Below, one piece after another: positions 35,887 through 39,043 of a stretch of 39,043 bases of DNA. The notes under the pieces were generated by a model, which had not been told where the DNA came from, searched no databases, and saw nothing but the letters and a program-made list of their open reading frames with translations. A program made the translations under genes and the position numbers. Position 1 is the stretch's first letter; every line of letters begins with the position of its first letter. Origin of the DNA: Octopus bimaculoides (taxonomy: Eukaryota); NCBI RefSeq assembly GCF_001194135.2, contig NC_068987.1:33202288-33241330 (forward strand), read 5' to 3'.

Positions 35887-36880
35887 ATGTCAGACATTAC
35901 TTTGACTCAACGAATGAAAATGGACACTGTAATTGTTGCCTTAAAAGTGCATCAGTTGGATATAGAGATGGTTTAATTTCTGAAAGCTTCCCAATCCGGC
36001 GTTTTGCATTTAGCTGCTGACTGGGATCCAACATCAGCAGCTAAACGCAAAATGCAGGCTCAGGATCCTGGGACCATCAGAATTCATAGCTTTATCCAAA
36101 ACCGCTAAGAAATAATCGATAAAAACCCGGAATGTCAATCACAGCCATTGCAAAGCCTCTCAAATTTTCAGTATGCACCATCAAAATGAAGAAACCCTGT
36201 ACAAGTCGCATATGATGCAGGAGGGTTAGTATATATCGGATGAGACAAGATAGAATCGTTCGATCCGTGCCAAACTCTTGTTAAACAAGTGAATAAGAAA
36301 CTAAGGGGTTGGAATGTTTTGCTTTATACTTGCTGAGTAAAAACTTCGACCAACGCCAGAAAGTAACCGAAAGACGGTTACACGGAGACCTAAGTAATTT
36401 CCAAGTATCATACATACTAAGTTCCTAGCAACAGTGGGTGGTTCTGGAAGTCGTCAGCAAAGAGGGAGGTGTCATGCCTTCTCATTTTTGTTTCCAATTT
36501 TTGTTTCAATGCCGCTGACTCCACAGAAGTGTTGGAGAAAGTTCTGAGGCCATGGATAAACAGATTACGCAATAGAAGATCGTACGTCTTCCGACAAGTC
36601 TCTGCGCCATCTCACAAGGCTAGAGCAACCCAAGCGTGGATGCGTGCCCGTCCTCGTGATCATGTTCTTCAGACACATAATTTCTCGGCTCACCATTCCT
36701 CAATCCACTGAACTATTACGTAGTAAATGAGAGGTAAGTCAATACCCCCATAACATCATAAATACTTTCAAGTCCTCCATTGCCAGCACTATGTTCGACA
36801 TTGATAAAGGTCATCCAATTCTGGTATGCTTCCGACCTTATATTGAAGCAGCTAACGGTGGATACATTGGACAGGTATGA
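35887..36880 (+). mobile_element. second maT/DD37D-like transposase remnant
   Basis: MSDITLTQRMKMDTVIVALK, IIDKNP, SKNFDQRQKV, VVSKEGGVMPSHF, NAADSTEVLEKVLRPWI..YVFRQVSAPSHKARATQAWM, PFLNPLNYY, IEAANGGYI; TIRs not clearly resolved. Confidence 0.85.
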
Positions 36881-37285
36881 GGAAAAGATTCTCACGGTTT
36901 ATTTTACAAATTTGTTTTCAAATACTGCTTTTCTCTGATGAGCTATGCATCATTTTTTAAATTCATACAAATGATCTCAAAACACCAAGGCACCTTGTTT
37001 GTATTCCCGATAATTGTATATAATAATTTTCCCTGCATACTTAAATGTCTTTAAAAATCGTTTGACAACACACCGAAATATTCAGGAAATAAGTTCAGCT
37101 TTTGATTGCATGTAGAATTATCCTGAAGAAGCATCATCTTTTAGACAGTGCAATGTCTCCTACATTATAACCGTAAATTACTTCATCTCCCTAAACTATT
37201 TCAAATAATATTCTTAATATGTTTTGACGTAGCGCCAGAACCATTTAAATAAAGCTATGGTTTGTGTTATTTTTAAATAATTCAG

Positions 37286-37430
37286 GTACAGAGACGATTT
37301 CCCCGACATTGACGTCCAGAAACCTCTTATAATTCGCATTAACCTCAACTTTCTGTGGTCACCAGCCCTGTTTCCTTTTGTTTGTGAGATTAATTCTATT
37401 TACGGACTGTTATTACATTTCTCAAAATAA
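37286..37430 (+). CDS. candidate exon H (phase 2 start): YRDDFPDIDVQKPLIIRINLNFLWSPALFPFVCEINSIYGLLLHFSK*; 3' boundary uncertain
   Basis: gtgttatttttaaataattcag| acceptor and 47 open codons to TAA at 37428-37430. An alternative donor T|gtgaga after 37383 would make it an internal exon. Confidence 0.55.
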
Positions 37431-37650
37431 TTTCTAATTTCTTATTTTCCATAAATTTATATGAAATGCGTGAAAAGTAGTCTGAATGTTGAATAAGAAA
37501 CAATTCCCTCTATACACAATGTCTTTCTAAGCAACTCAAATAATTTCTAATTTCTTATTTTCCATAAGTTTATAGGAAATGCGTGAAAAGTAGTCTGAAT
37601 GTTGAATAAGAAACAATTCCCTCTATACACAATGTCTTTCTAAGCAACTC
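37425..37650. repeat. 113-bp tandem duplication (37425-37537 and 37538-37650)
   Basis: Two adjacent units that differ at 2 positions. Confidence 0.95.
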
Positions 37651-38439
37651 AGATAACTGAGGAAAATAATCTTTCTGAAATATAAATTTTTAATTAGATT
37701 TGTTTGATTCCCAGTTCAAAAGTATGCACCGTTATTCTTTGTAATTTTCTGAGTTTAGATTTTTGTGCTTACAACAGATTCCGAATATAAATAATTCAAT
37801 TTTAATTATTCGTTAATTAACACATCAGAGAATAATATGAATGAGTAACCAATCCTTAATTATCGAAGAAATATTAATATAGTTTTAGATGGTCTAAGAT
37901 TCTAAAAAATTACATTGCGCGCTCATCCTCTTTCCCAAGAATCTAACTTTCATGTTTGCAAAGTTTTATCAGAATATTTTCACTGTTTTGAAAATAGAAA
38001 TGAAGAAACTCAGTACAAATATTTTGCGCAGAATTTTGGGGGCTATATTCGTTATTTGATAGATAACTAAATACATACTTACACACACAGACATAAGCAT
38101 ATGTGTGTGTATGTGTGTGTGTGAAGTCAATTTATGGAATCAAGTATAATGAATAGCATTTCGGGAGCAATCTTTTCAAGAAAATGAAACATAAATTCTG
38201 AAATACACATATCAATGTAATGACTTTGGGATTGACAGGAAAGAATGTATAGCTGAAGATATTACTCTTGGATCAGTAATCGTTCCTGAACAGACTTAAT
38301 GTGACAGTAATAATGCCTCATTCTACCTAGACTTATGAAAAATTTATCGCTCAGCGGACGAAATTTAAACCAACTGCCATCACAGAAACAATGTTTTATT
38401 CGTTTTGTTTCAGTCTTTATAAAATGCAGCAACCAGGAT

Positions 38440-38700
38440 ATACAATCTCGCAGAAATATAAGATCATAAAACAAAAATGTAGAATATCTACTCACAAAAT
38501 GGCGGCATAGATATACGATACATTCGTTACCTGTAATCATAAGTATGATTCATCAAGTCTGAGCTGATATGAGAGAATTGCAGTATTTGTAGTGATACTG
38601 CGGCATATATATCAAAGTTTACAAGAGATCAACAAGCTAACACGCACATTAAAAAACGGAGTATCAGCGGAACAAGGAAATTATACAACAGGTATATGGG
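38440..38700 (+). mobile_element. possible decayed R4/Dong-like fragment
   Basis: DTF.LPVII..RELQYL..LTRTLKNG weakly resembles INTFALPVI..ELxxLD..LxRxxGGRG. Confidence 0.3.
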
Positions 38701-38762
38701 ATGTGTGGCATCGTTTAGGTTATTCTATATTAAAATCATGAAGATTTGTGTCTTTATGGGCA

Positions 38763-38846
<84 letters not shown>

Positions 38847-39043
38847 ATAATATTAGGGACAAAATCCAAAATTACAGGTAAAAAACTCAATTAAAATCAA
38901 TTTATAAAGAATTAAAATTAAATTGAGCCTTATAGATAAAGTATATATAAAATATATAGTTTTAGGGAAAATAACCAATTTTCAAGAACTCATCGATGAT
39001 AATTTTTCCATTCATAATTTTTTCATTCATAGTTTTTATTATT

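Noticed and set aside
38240-38510. Further plus-strand exon candidates (KECIAEDITLGSVIVPEQT*, TYEKFIAQRTKF..)
   Set aside because: They would need very weak donors in exon H, and the neighbouring sequence looks like decayed R4-like LINE.
1-39043. CRISPR arrays, operons, rRNA or other prokaryotic systems
   Set aside because: There are no regularly spaced repeat-spacer units, no long intact ORFs and no rRNA-like segments; the sequence is animal intronic/intergenic DNA.

Overview
Eukaryotic, AT-rich, microsatellite-dense draft-assembly DNA with seven N gaps (1520-2130, 7150-7586, 13784-13802, 17643-17684, 24332-24433, 33618-34242, 35071-35113). The tRNA-derived SINEs look like those I recall from octopus genomes, so an octopod origin is likely (inference). 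Most of the window is decayed transposable elements: a Penelope-like element, RTE-clade LINE pieces, R4/Dong-like fragments, five Tc1/mariner-superfamily remnants (2 Tc1, 1 mariner, 2 maT/DD37D-like), SINEs and foldback/MITE-like elements. The supplied ORF track contains no host gene because its ORFs are microsatellite, gap or TE artefacts. Manual splice-site reading gives a chain of 7-8 small plus-strand exons (15230-37430) that join in phase without a stop into about 200 aa of an unidentified protein rich in N-glycosylation sequons. Other notable items: an inverted pair of minimal hammerhead-ribozyme motifs whose consensus core is intact (20363-20665), an RTE LINE ending in three C2H2 zinc fingers, a 514-bp foldback, three SINEs stacked at AAATATT junctions, and a candidate 9-nt microexon. 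No database search was possible; family names rest on recognised motifs.
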